Program-made: the position numbers and the translations under genes
DNA from: Pseudomonadota bacterium
GTDB lineage: Bacteria; Pseudomonadota; Gammaproteobacteria; Steroidobacterales; Woeseiaceae
DNA: 64,000 nucleotides
Direction of reading: 5' to 3'
Assembly (NCBI GenBank): GCA_038749025.1
Contig: JBCDIL010000017.1
Location: 6,960-70,959, forward strand
Shown here: in pieces, positions 38,147-47,243 of the stretch
Numbering within the stretch: position 1 is the first letter of the stretch
How the letters are laid out: each line of letters begins with the position of its first letter
Notes under the pieces: generated by a model
The model's database searches: none
What the model was told of the DNA's origin: nothing
Seen by the model: only the letters and a program-made list of their open reading frames with translations

Positions 38147-38776
38147 TTAGTGTAATTGTGCAATAGCCCGGTCGGCATCACGGCGATGCCGGCGTAATAA
38201 CGCCTCGGCCGCTTCGCGCTTCGCGGCGAGCGTTGCAAGACGCTGATCGACACGGCCGAGCTCTGACTCCAAACGACGAACATCGCCGAGACTGGCGGTG
38301 TAGGCCATGCTTCCGGAAGCGCTAGTGGTCAGCGTTTGTTGCGCCGCCAGCAGCGAACCGTTCACCGACTTACGCAATTTTTGCTGGACGGCTTGTTCCG
38401 CTGCGATGCGTGCCAGATCCACGCGCAACGCGCGTTGTTCCAGGCCGATGGCATGGGCTTTTTGTGCCGCCGGTGAGGGCCGACCGACGCAATAGTCGCC
38501 GATGTCTTCGCCGTCGACACCTCGTTCGAAAGCATTGCGCGGATTGCAATACCGTTCTAAGCCTGCCGCCAGTCCGGCGGCGTAGTGCTTCTCAGCGGTG
38601 GGATTAGGGTCAAGATCGCAGGTGGCGGCATGATGGTCGACCGCCACCAGTGTTCCGCGCCGACCGTCATCCTCGCCGAGGCCGTACCAGTCCCCTCGCT
38701 CGCAAGGCGAATTGGCAGCACAAGCACCCAACCAGACGACCGGTGCCAGTACCGTCGTAATCTGCAACGAACGCAT
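38147..38776 (-). CDS. DUF2799-like lipoprotein
   Basis: ATG 38776 has GGGAG 6 nt upstream. Signal peptide with lipobox (VWLGAC). Paired Cys repeats and a coiled-coil tail. The track ORF is extended to 39037 into the upstream gene. Confidence 0.6.
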   Translation of the reverse strand: MRSLQITTVLAPVVWLGACAANSPCERGDWYGLGEDDGRRGTLVAVDHHAATCDLDPNPTAEKHYAAGLAAGLERYCNPRNAFERGVDGEDIGDYCVGRPSPAAQKAHAIGLEQRALRVDLARIAAEQAVQQKLRKSVNGSLLAAQQTLTTSASGSMAYTASLGDVRRLESELGRVDQRLATLAAKREAAEALLRRHRRDADRAIAQLH

Positions 38777-38874
38777 ATCGCTCTCCCTTAGTGGGAAGCG
38801 TAGCGTGGCGAATTCGGCAAAACTGTGGACTGGTTCACACTCGCCCAGCCTGTCACAGAACGGTAGCCGCGAAG

Positions 38875-39777
38875 TTAGCTGGCGGACTGGGGGTCGGCGG
38901 TGTTCGCGGGCAGCGCGTTTGCCGCCTTGGCGCGACTTTCCGCCCAGCTCGGGTGAGCAAACAGTGTTTTCCACAACTCGTTGAATGAGCTCGCCCGTCG
39001 AATGTCGCGAACTAGGCCGGGTACCTCGGAAAACCAAACGATCAACGGATTAACGCTGTCGAATGAGCGCTTCAGGCCGAAGCGCGGCGTCTCTTCCTCG
39101 GCTTGGTACGTACCGAAGAGTCGGTCCCAAATGATGAGAATGCCACCGTAGTTTTTATCGAGGTATTTATCGTCACAGCCATGGTGGACCCGGTGGTTCG
39201 ATGGCGTATTAAAGACTCCATCGAGAACACCAAGGCGACCGATAAGCTCAGTATGAATCCATGTCTGATAAGCCAGCACCACGACGATACCGAAGAACAC
39301 CAGCTCGGCAGGAAAGCCGACGAAGACGAGCGGCAGGTGAACCAACGCGGATACAACGCCTTCGAACGGTCCGAACCGAACGCCGACGGCGATGTTCATA
39401 TATCGCGACGAGTGATGCACGGCGTGCTGCGTCCACAGCAGGCGTATCTCGTGGGCGAAGCGGTGCTCCCAGTAGTACAGAAAGTCGCAGGCGATAACGG
39501 CGGCGATGACCGTGAAGACGTTGATGTCGAATGTCCAGCTGACCACCGTGTCGGCGACAACAACATAGCCGACGTAGGCCAACCCAAGGACGAGAATCTC
39601 GACAACGAGATACGGCACTTGAGTCGAAACACTGGCAATCGCATCGAGAACTGGGCCTTTACTGAGGCGGCGGGACCAGAGCGCAGCGAGGATCTCGACC
39701 GCCAGAATCAACAATCCGATCAAGAAAAACGTGTTATCGATAGCGCTTTGTAGCGCTTCGAGGACAACAGCGGTCAT
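38875..39777 (-). CDS. sterol desaturase / fatty-acid hydroxylase family membrane protein
   Basis: His boxes HRFAHE, HAVHHS and HRVHH. ATG 39777 overlaps the TetR stop (ATGA). Confidence 0.8.
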   Translation of the reverse strand: MTAVVLEALQSAIDNTFFLIGLLILAVEILAALWSRRLSKGPVLDAIASVSTQVPYLVVEILVLGLAYVGYVVVADTVVSWTFDINVFTVIAAVIACDFLYYWEHRFAHEIRLLWTQHAVHHSSRYMNIAVGVRFGPFEGVVSALVHLPLVFVGFPAELVFFGIVVVLAYQTWIHTELIGRLGVLDGVFNTPSNHRVHHGCDDKYLDKNYGGILIIWDRLFGTYQAEEETPRFGLKRSFDSVNPLIVWFSEVPGLVRDIRRASSFNELWKTLFAHPSWAESRAKAANALPANTADPQSAS

Positions 39778-40346
39778 TGTGACGCTCCGACGCCGTGGGC
39801 GAATGTTTGCCAAGCCGCATCGGCCGCTTGCGTCGGTACCAGCTCTTGCTCACGAACGGCTTCCCAAGCGGCGTACAACAAGTAATCGTAGGCACGAATA
39901 ACCCAAACGGTGGGCAGCGAGGGGGCGATATGGCCGTCACTTTTGGCCGCGTCGACCAAATCGACCATCTCCCGCTGTTGGCGCTCGAACTCGGCCTGCA
40001 CAGTCGCGTCGGTAATCACCGCTTCGTGGGCAAGAAAACCGTGTCGGTCGCCGAGTGGGATCAACGCCAGTAAGCAATCTTTGAGCGTCGCGAAGGCCGA
40101 TACCGAATGCTGACAAGCGACGTCAACGGCAGCATCCATTTCTGCAATGGCTTGTGTTGCGAGCCTCTGGACGAGTAGTTCCCGCGATGGAAAGTAGCGA
40201 TGTAAGGTCGCGCGAGTAACGCCAGCGGCTGCGGCTACGTCGGCGAGATTGGCACCGGGATTGCGACTGAAGACCTGAAAGCCAGCGTCCAAAAGCGCAT
40301 CGACGGTCGTTTGCGATGATGTAGTCATGAGACTATTTTGTCTCAT
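39774..40346 (-). CDS. TetR-family transcriptional regulator
   Basis: HTH block ANLADVAAAAGVTRATLHRYFPSRE. Alternative start at ATG 40328. Confidence 0.85.
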   Translation of the reverse strand: MRQNSLMTTSSQTTVDALLDAGFQVFSRNPGANLADVAAAAGVTRATLHRYFPSRELLVQRLATQAIAEMDAAVDVACQHSVSAFATLKDCLLALIPLGDRHGFLAHEAVITDATVQAEFERQQREMVDLVDAAKSDGHIAPSLPTVWVIRAYDYLLYAAWEAVREQELVPTQAADAAWQTFAHGVGASQ

Positions 40347-40364
40347 TCTTTACATTTTTGTCAA
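40327..40364 (-). promoter_or_regulatory. candidate sigma-70 promoter plus palindromic operator of the TetR/desaturase operon
   Basis: On the minus strand, TTGACA (40364-40359), an 18-nt spacer, then CAAAAT (40340-40335). A perfect inverted repeat ATGAGAC-N6-GTCTCAT (40327-40346) overlaps the -10 element and both candidate ATGs. Confidence 0.35.
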
Positions 40365-40410
40365 CTTAATCAGGAAATAACCTGTCTCTGAATGCCTAAG
40401 TCACTGTTTT

Positions 40411-41790
40411 TTAGGGTAACGGTGCCGTGACATCGCCAATTTGCACGTCAACTTGTCCCGCCGTATCGCTGTCGAAAACGTAGACTTCGTAAACACGACC
40501 GCGTAGCCAGGTTACCGGGATAGGTCCACCAACGATCGTTGTATCGATCGTATCGGCGTCGTTGTCGTTCTCCACAAACGTCAGCTCGAAGTCGCCTTCC
40601 TGCAGCAACGAGGTCAACTCGAAGCCGGAAACCGGCAGCTGCGACTGCAACGGGTTGATGTCATCGTCAGTGATGTCAGTGCCCGGAGCCGTCAGGTAAA
40701 CATCGAGCAGTGGGAACGTGGCCGCCGCGTTGCGAATACGAAAACGCGCACGGGATGAAATGCCCCGATTATCCTCGGCGTAGACCGCCGTCGTTACCGA
40801 CCCGGTTGGCCCAGCGATGACTTGGGTCTGGAAGGCACCGTTCACCAGGGCCGGCGTTACGTCAGACTCGATAACGCCGGTATTACCCGCGGGCGTCACC
40901 TGCAACTGCGTTTGCCCGCCCGCTACATCGACGTAATCGGTAATGCCTCGCGCCGCCACGTTACCGTGCACGGGCGCGCCAAAATCAGCGTTTGCATAGA
41001 CGTCGACCGGCCCGATCGTTACCGCGCCATTGACGAGGCGCAGCGACGATGTCGCGCTGGAATCTTCAAATAGCACCGGCGTCGCACTGGTGCGGTTTAA
41101 CGCGTTGGCCCGCAACGGGGAGCGAGTCGTGCCGGCACCCGCCAAGATAGCGATCACCGAACTCTCCGCGTCGGTCGGCGAAAACACCGGCGTCTGATAC
41201 AACACGGTTATCGGGTCACCCACCGGAGTAGCCGTCACGCGATACTGACCAGCGGCCAGCAAAAACGGTGTGCCGATCTCTTTAAACGCCAGCGTCTCGC
41301 GAGGGGTCGCGGCCATCAGGTCCGCACCGTCCGCTTCGATATAGATATCGACCGGCGCTGCCCCTCGAGCCGCGTGCAACAGCACGATCTCGGTATTGCC
41401 TGTCTCGACTTCGGTTAGCGGTAACTCGTACTGAGTGAACGCGGGTTCCGGGCCATCGTCAAAGAGCACCAATAACAACTCATTGGGGGCCGTCACTCGG
41501 CGCTCTTCGGAGATGATGCGGATCAAGCCGGTCGGTGTATCGGGGTTCGCGATCTCGGCATTGATCGTGTACGGGCCTTCATCGGCAACGAAGGTGGCAC
41601 TCGACCCACCGTATCCAAAAGCACCTTGGGTGAACTCGACCGTCAGAAAGTCAACGGAACCAACGGAGGGCGCTGCGTGGATAAAACGAATAGCGCCATC
41701 GGGTGGATCTTCAGGCGTATTGCCGGTGCAGGCACCGACAAGTGCTGCGGCGCCAAGGACAAATGCAAAACGGAAATTCGGGTCGAACAT
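40411..41790 (-). CDS. DUF4397 repeat lipoprotein
   Basis: Lipobox LVGAC. Repeated modules of the type RFIHAAP..VDF, LLHAARGAAPVDIY and RLVNGAVTIGPVDVY. Confidence 0.65.
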   Translation of the reverse strand: MFDPNFRFAFVLGAAALVGACTGNTPEDPPDGAIRFIHAAPSVGSVDFLTVEFTQGAFGYGGSSATFVADEGPYTINAEIANPDTPTGLIRIISEERRVTAPNELLLVLFDDGPEPAFTQYELPLTEVETGNTEIVLLHAARGAAPVDIYIEADGADLMAATPRETLAFKEIGTPFLLAAGQYRVTATPVGDPITVLYQTPVFSPTDAESSVIAILAGAGTTRSPLRANALNRTSATPVLFEDSSATSSLRLVNGAVTIGPVDVYANADFGAPVHGNVAARGITDYVDVAGGQTQLQVTPAGNTGVIESDVTPALVNGAFQTQVIAGPTGSVTTAVYAEDNRGISSRARFRIRNAAATFPLLDVYLTAPGTDITDDDINPLQSQLPVSGFELTSLLQEGDFELTFVENDNDADTIDTTIVGGPIPVTWLRGRVYEVYVFDSDTAGQVDVQIGDVTAPLP

Positions 41791-41859
41791 AAGACTGGGC
41801 TGCCGCCGAGGTAAGTCATCAATTGTACCTCGAAGTCGACCGCCGGCGCGGCGGCAAGT

Positions 41860-42195
41860 TCACGCCGGTGCGCTGGCCCCGCAGTTCCAGCAGAGGTGAA
41901 ACTGCGCTTCGTTGTCGCTGCCGCAATGCTCACATCGCCACGCGGGGCCGCTAGGCGTGCCGCCAGCAATGTAATCGGCGACGAGTTGTGTTGCCTTTGT
42001 AACGTCAGCCACGTTGATCAACCAAAGCTCTGGCCACGCCGAAATAGGCGGCAGCTCACCGGCGATTGAGCCAAGGTGCTCGTTACGCAGTTCCGTTTCT
42101 ATCCCTGCCGCTGCCAATACGTTTCTTACCAGTGCAACCTGAGTCAGCGTCTCTGCCGAGTAAACGCGCAGCGGTTGCTCTCGGTCGTTAAACAC
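41860..42195 (-). CDS. DUF2007-like protein with C-terminal zinc ribbon
   Basis: RVYSAETLTQVALVRNVLAAAGIETELRNE followed by CEHCGSDNEAQFHLCWNCG. GTG 42195 overlaps the trpA 3' end by 8 nt. The longer track ORF (to 42360) lies inside trpA. Confidence 0.55.
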   Translation of the reverse strand: MFNDREQPLRVYSAETLTQVALVRNVLAAAGIETELRNEHLGSIAGELPPISAWPELWLINVADVTKATQLVADYIAGGTPSGPAWRCEHCGSDNEAQFHLCWNCGASAPA

Positions 42196-42970
42196 GGGTG
42201 GCGCGTAAACCCGCGAGAAACGCACCGATATCGTCGCCGCGCTCCTGCGCCTCGATGAGCGCTGAACCAACGACGGCACCGTTGACGTGCTGTCCGACGG
42301 CCGCGACGTCGGTCGATGCGCGAATCCCAAAACCGGCGCATACCGGCTTCTCGCCCGCAACGCGCATCAGTCGGGCGAGGTAATCGGTGGTCTCAGCCGG
42401 TAGACCGTTGGCGCCACCGGTAATACCACGCACAGTCACGGCGTAAACGAAACCGTCGCTCGCGGCGACCAATTCATGTTGCCGCTGCTCCGGGGTTGCG
42501 GGAGTCACCAGTTGGATCAACGCGAGGCCTGCATCACGAAACGCCGCGTGCACTGGGGCCGATTCTTCCAGCGGCAGATCCGGGACGATGAACCCGGCGA
42601 CACCCGCTGCCGCGGCTACCTCGCCCAACGGCTCAAGCCCGTACGCTAGCAGCGGGTTCAGGTAGGACATCAACACGATCGGCGCCGTGACTCGGTCACC
42701 GAGTTCGCCGAGCGACGCCAATATCCACGTCAGGCTCGCACCGTTCGCGATCGCATGATGGCTCGAGCGCTGAATCGTCGGTCCGTCGGCCATCGGGTCG
42801 CTGAACGGCACACCGATCTCAACCACATCGGCACGCTCAGTGATGGTAAGCAACGTCTCTGCGAACGCCTCGCAGGACGGGTAGCCGGCCGTGAAGAACG
42901 GGACCAACGCCGTTTCACCCCGTTCGTTCGCCGCGTTGATCGCGGCGCTGATTCGTTCCGCCCCAGTCAC
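42188..42970 (-). CDS. trpA: tryptophan synthase alpha chain
   Basis: LVPFFTAGYP, EIGVPFSDPMADGPTIQ and GFGI blocks. Confidence 0.95.
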   Translation of the reverse strand: MTGAERISAAINAANERGETALVPFFTAGYPSCEAFAETLLTITERADVVEIGVPFSDPMADGPTIQRSSHHAIANGASLTWILASLGELGDRVTAPIVLMSYLNPLLAYGLEPLGEVAAAAGVAGFIVPDLPLEESAPVHAAFRDAGLALIQLVTPATPEQRQHELVAASDGFVYAVTVRGITGGANGLPAETTDYLARLMRVAGEKPVCAGFGIRASTDVAAVGQHVNGAVVGSALIEAQERGDDIGAFLAGLRATRV

Positions 42971-44211
42971 GCGATGTCTCCGATTGTCGTCGCCGGATAT
43001 TGGGTGAGTGTCGGCATGTCTTTGTCACCGCGACCCGAATTACCGATCAAAATTCGCGCGCCACGGTTGGCTTTAGCAAACTCGCCAGCCGCCGAGAAGG
43101 CGTGCGCCGTCTCGAGCGCTGTCAAGATACCCTCGGTCCGGCACAATTCCTCAAGTGCCGCCAAGGCTGGTCCGTCCTCGGCGGACACATAACGTACCCG
43201 GCCGCAGGCTTGTAAAAACGCATGTTCAGGCCCAACACCAGAATAGTCGAGTCCCGCCGATATCGAGTGGGTTTCCTGCACTTGGCCGTCACCGTCTTGC
43301 AGGATGATCGTGTAGCAACCCTGCAGAACGCCGGGGCGGCCGGTCGCAAGGGTGGCCGAGTTGTCGCCTAGGCCAGGGCCACGACCGCCGGCCTCCACAC
43401 CGACGATTTGAACATCCCGATCACCGAGGAACGGGTGAAACAGACCGATCGCGTTCGAACCGCCGCCGACACAGGCGAAGACCGCATCCGGCAAGCCGCC
43501 AACCGCCACCATTTGTTCCCGCGCCTCCTCGCCGATCACCCGTTGCAACTCGCGAACGAGGTAGGGGTATGGGCTTGGCCCGACCGCGGAGCCGAGTAAG
43601 TAATAGGTGCCCTCCGGGTCGGATACCCAGTCGCGAAGGGCCTCATCGATCGCCGCTCGTAAGGTGCGATCGCCGGTCTCAACCGCCATCACCTCAGCGC
43701 CGAGTCGGCGCATGCGGTCAACATTGGGTGATTGCCGAACTATATCCTCGGCACCCATATAGACGCGACACGGCAAACCGATCCGGGCACACGCGGCCGC
43801 CGATGCAACACCGTGTTGGCCCGCGCCAGTCTCGGCGATAACACGCTTAGCGCCGAGGCGCTTCGCGAGCAGCGCCTGGCCCACGGCGTTGTTGATCTTG
43901 TGGGCGCCCGTGTGCGCCAAATCTTCACGTTTTAGAAAGACCTCGGCACCCCATCGCTCACTGAGACGCGCCGCATAACTAAGGGCCGTCGGTCGGCCAA
44001 CCCAATCCTTCAGCTCTGCGCGGTACGCGGCCTGAAAGCTAGGATCCGGTAAATAGGTCCGCACCCCATGATCGAGACGCTCGAGCGCCGGTACGAGTGT
44101 CTCGGGAACGTAGCGACCCCCAAACGGGCCAAACCGGCCGCGCGCATCGGGTAGCTCGCCCGCAAGCAACTGAGCGAATGCCGTGTCGTAGTTTACGTCG
44201 TCGGCCAACAC
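42967..44211 (-). CDS. trpB: tryptophan synthase beta chain
   Basis: GRFGPFGGRYVPE, LKREDLAHTGAHKINN and GGGSNAIG blocks. GTG 44211 has GGAGG 9 nt upstream and lies 6 nt after the trpF stop. The track ORF N-terminal extension overlaps trpF. Confidence 0.95.
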   Translation of the reverse strand: MLADDVNYDTAFAQLLAGELPDARGRFGPFGGRYVPETLVPALERLDHGVRTYLPDPSFQAAYRAELKDWVGRPTALSYAARLSERWGAEVFLKREDLAHTGAHKINNAVGQALLAKRLGAKRVIAETGAGQHGVASAAACARIGLPCRVYMGAEDIVRQSPNVDRMRRLGAEVMAVETGDRTLRAAIDEALRDWVSDPEGTYYLLGSAVGPSPYPYLVRELQRVIGEEAREQMVAVGGLPDAVFACVGGGSNAIGLFHPFLGDRDVQIVGVEAGGRGPGLGDNSATLATGRPGVLQGCYTIILQDGDGQVQETHSISAGLDYSGVGPEHAFLQACGRVRYVSAEDGPALAALEELCRTEGILTALETAHAFSAAGEFAKANRGARILIGNSGRGDKDMPTLTQYPATTIGDIA

Positions 44212-44216
44212 CAGAC

Positions 44217-44813
44217 CTATCCTCCAAATTCGCGGCGCGCTGCCGCTACAAAAGCATGAATGCGTTGCGGGTCTTTGACACCCGGCAGAGCTTCGACACC
44301 ACTGGATACATCGACCCCCGCTGGCTGCACCGCATCGATGGCGGCCGCCACATTGTCCGGATCGAGGCCACCCGCGAGTACCACGGCCGTATCGGCGGCG
44401 AGCTTGCTGGCGGCGTGCCAATCGGCTCTCCCACCGCTGCCACTAGCGTCGCTCTCGTAGAGCAGCGCGGCCGGTAATTCAGCCGCATCGGGCGGGGCAG
44501 AATCACGGTAGACCGGCAATCGGCGAACAGCCACCGGTACATCCATTGCGGCAAAATCAAGGGCATCGGTCTGCACGATATCCGGTTCGAAACCGTCGAT
44601 AACCGCGCGCGCGGCGGCGGCGGTTGGATGGCGCATCACCGCGACGATGTCGACACTACCGCGGGCTGGCTTCGCTAGCGCCTTAGCTTGGGCAACGCCG
44701 ACTTCTCTGACCGAGGGCGCGAACACGAAACCGATCGCATCAGCACCCGCCGCCAACGCCGCCGCCACATCGGCTGGTCCGGTCATGCCGCAGATCTTGA
44801 CCCACCGTTTCAC
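44217..44813 (-). CDS. trpF: phosphoribosylanthranilate isomerase
   Basis: VKICGMT, ADAIGFVF and LAGGL blocks. Confidence 0.9.
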   Translation of the reverse strand: MKRWVKICGMTGPADVAAALAAGADAIGFVFAPSVREVGVAQAKALAKPARGSVDIVAVMRHPTAAAARAVIDGFEPDIVQTDALDFAAMDVPVAVRRLPVYRDSAPPDAAELPAALLYESDASGSGGRADWHAASKLAADTAVVLAGGLDPDNVAAAIDAVQPAGVDVSSGVEALPGVKDPQRIHAFVAAARREFGG

Positions 44814-45610
44814 GGGCCAGTCTCAAGAGCGGCGCTGCGCAGCGCCTGCAGCAGCTGGGTCGGGTCTGCGGCGCGCATTAAGGCGGTACCGATCAAGGCT
44901 CCCTGGTAGCCGGCGGCTTTCGCATCGATGGCGTCGTCTGGCGTTTTAATGCCGCTTTCAGCGATGGTGACCACATCGGTCGGCAGTAACGCCGCGAGCG
45001 TGTTTAGACGAGTCGGGTCGACCGCCAACGTTCGTAAGTCGCGACTGTTGACCCCGTAAAGCACTTGGCGGTTGCTAATCGCCGCCTCAATTGTAGGCAC
45101 GTTCCGAAGCGTGATAAGCCGCGCGATGTCGTCAGCATCGAAGGCCTCAAGCAACACAAACAACGAACGCTCGATCGCGCCGAGCGTTAACGCGCGCAAA
45201 GTCTCGTCATCGAGCATAGCAGCGATCAGCAAAACGCCGCTGGCACGGGCTGAGCACGCTTCGTCCAGCTGGCGAGCGTCGGTCAAAAAGTCCTTGCGCA
45301 TAACCGGCGTCGTCGGCAGCGCGGTCGCGATCGCCTCAAGGTCAGCTAGCGAGCCGCCAAAGCGGCTTGGCTCCGTCAATACGGAGATAGCTGCCGCGCC
45401 ACCGTCGACGTAGCGTTGCGCGCGTACCGCGATATCGTCACGGCTGCCGAGCTCGCCCTCAGCCGGCGACACGCGCTTGATCTCGGCGATCACAGCGAAT
45501 GGGTCGTCGGGAAACGCGATCGGCGTGTGGGCCGGCGCCTTGACACGCTCCGGTAACTCGGCCGCGCGCGCTCGACTTGCCTGCGCCATGTTTACAAGAA
45601 AATCGCTCAT
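44810..45610 (-). CDS. trpC: indole-3-glycerol phosphate synthase
   Basis: VIAEIKRVSPAEG, ISVLTEP, MRKDF and VNSRDL blocks. Confidence 0.9.
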   Translation of the reverse strand: MSDFLVNMAQASRARAAELPERVKAPAHTPIAFPDDPFAVIAEIKRVSPAEGELGSRDDIAVRAQRYVDGGAAAISVLTEPSRFGGSLADLEAIATALPTTPVMRKDFLTDARQLDEACSARASGVLLIAAMLDDETLRALTLGAIERSLFVLLEAFDADDIARLITLRNVPTIEAAISNRQVLYGVNSRDLRTLAVDPTRLNTLAALLPTDVVTIAESGIKTPDDAIDAKAAGYQGALIGTALMRAADPTQLLQALRSAALETGP

Positions 45611-46638
45611 TCGCGATTCGCGTCGAAGTCGGCCAATTTCGCTAACAGCCGCGCCGCATCGCCGTTATCGATAGCGCTAGCCGCTCGCGTCACGCCCTCG
45701 CGTGGCGAATCAACCAGGCCTGCCACTTCCAGCGCCAAGGATGTCGCCATTAACAAGGCATCGCGATGCGGGCCGTAATCCTCACCGTTCAAGACACGCT
45801 GCAGCGCGGCCGCGTTCTGGGCGGCATCACCACCGGCCAGGTGCTCGGCGGAGCAGCGGCCAAGGCCGTAGTCTTCGGGCGTTCTTTCGCTTTCGCGAAC
45901 CTCACCGTCGGCAACGTCGAGTAACAGGAAACTGCCGACCGGCGTCGCCTCATCCCAACCGGGTTCCCCGTGAATAACGAACGAGCGCTTCGCCGGCAAG
46001 CCGGCGAGCGTGGCAGCCAGTAATCGCGCCACGTCGGCCGAAAAAGCACCGATGACGTTGTACGGAGGCGTCGCCGGATTGGTCAGCGGACCGAGTAGAT
46101 TGAAGACCGTCCGTACACCCATGGCTGCGCGGATCGGAGCGATGGCTTTCATGGCCGGATGAAACGCCGGCGCGAAAAAGAACGTAAAGCCAGTCTCAGT
46201 CAGACAACGAGCGGCGTCGGCCGGCGGTAGTGGCAACGTGAGCCCCAGTGCTTCTAGTACATCGGCGCTGCCCGACTGGCTGGATACCGATCGGTTACCG
46301 TGTTTTGCCACCGGTAAGCCCGCCGCCGCGGTTAGTAGGGCCGCACCGGTCGACAGATTGTACGTGCCAGAGCCGTCGCCGCCGGTACCTACGATATCGA
46401 TACAATCAAGCCCGTCGGGCAACTCGGGCACGCGAGCCAAGGCGCGCATCGCTTGGGCAAAGCCGCGAATCTCGTCGGCCGTTTCGCCCTTGCTGCGAAG
46501 TGCCGCCAGCAGAGCGCCTGCTCGCGGTGCCGGCAGCGATTCGTCGGTGAGACTGTGCATCAGCTCACGGGCCGCCGTTTCCGATAGCGACTGCCCATTC
46601 AGCAGCGCCTCTAGCCAATCGCGGGTCGGCTCGCTCAT
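45607..46638 (-). CDS. trpD: anthranilate phosphoribosyltransferase
   Basis: DIVGTGGDGSGTYNLST, PVAKHGNR and FNLLGPLTNP blocks. Confidence 0.95.
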   Translation of the reverse strand: MSEPTRDWLEALLNGQSLSETAARELMHSLTDESLPAPRAGALLAALRSKGETADEIRGFAQAMRALARVPELPDGLDCIDIVGTGGDGSGTYNLSTGAALLTAAAGLPVAKHGNRSVSSQSGSADVLEALGLTLPLPPADAARCLTETGFTFFFAPAFHPAMKAIAPIRAAMGVRTVFNLLGPLTNPATPPYNVIGAFSADVARLLAATLAGLPAKRSFVIHGEPGWDEATPVGSFLLLDVADGEVRESERTPEDYGLGRCSAEHLAGGDAAQNAAALQRVLNGEDYGPHRDALLMATSLALEVAGLVDSPREGVTRAASAIDNGDAARLLAKLADFDANRE

Positions 46639-47243
46639 CGCATCGCTCCAGTGAGGAAGTTGCCCATCAATGTATCGCCTTCCGGGGTCAGGACGCTCTC
46701 CGGATGAAACTGCACACCGGCAAGCGGCAGATCTCGATGCCGTACCGCCATTAACTCACCAGCATCGGTCGTCGCCGTACTGATGAGCTCGGTTGGCAAG
46801 GCATCCGCCTCTGCACACAGACTGTGGTAGCGACCCACTTGCATCGGATTTTGAATGCCTGCGAACAGCTGTTGCTCATCGTGTGACGCGAGCGATGTCT
46901 TGCCGTGCATCAAGCGCGGCGCCTGCACGATCTCACCACCAAAGTGTTGCACGATACATTGGTGACCAAGGCATACGCCAAGCAGAGGAATTTTGTCAGC
47001 AAACGCGCCGATCATGGCCAGCGATACACCAGCGTCTTCGGGGCGTCCGGGGCCAGGTGAAACGACAAGATGGGTCGGGCCCAGCTCGTGAGCGGTCTCA
47101 GTATCGATCTCGTCGTTTCGATACACCCACACTTCGGCACCGAGCGCGGCAAACGCCTGGACAAGGTTAAACGTGAACGAATCGTAGTTATCGATCATCA
47201 ATAAACGCGGCGCACCGGTCGCGGCGGCAAAGTGCTGCATCAC
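46635..47243 (-). CDS. trpG: anthranilate synthase component II (glutamine amidotransferase)
   Basis: MIDNYDSFTFNLVQ, GVCLGHQ and VQFHPES blocks. Confidence 0.9.
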   Translation of the reverse strand: MMQHFAAATGAPRLLMIDNYDSFTFNLVQAFAALGAEVWVYRNDEIDTETAHELGPTHLVVSPGPGRPEDAGVSLAMIGAFADKIPLLGVCLGHQCIVQHFGGEIVQAPRLMHGKTSLASHDEQQLFAGIQNPMQVGRYHSLCAEADALPTELISTATTDAGELMAVRHRDLPLAGVQFHPESVLTPEGDTLMGNFLTGAMR

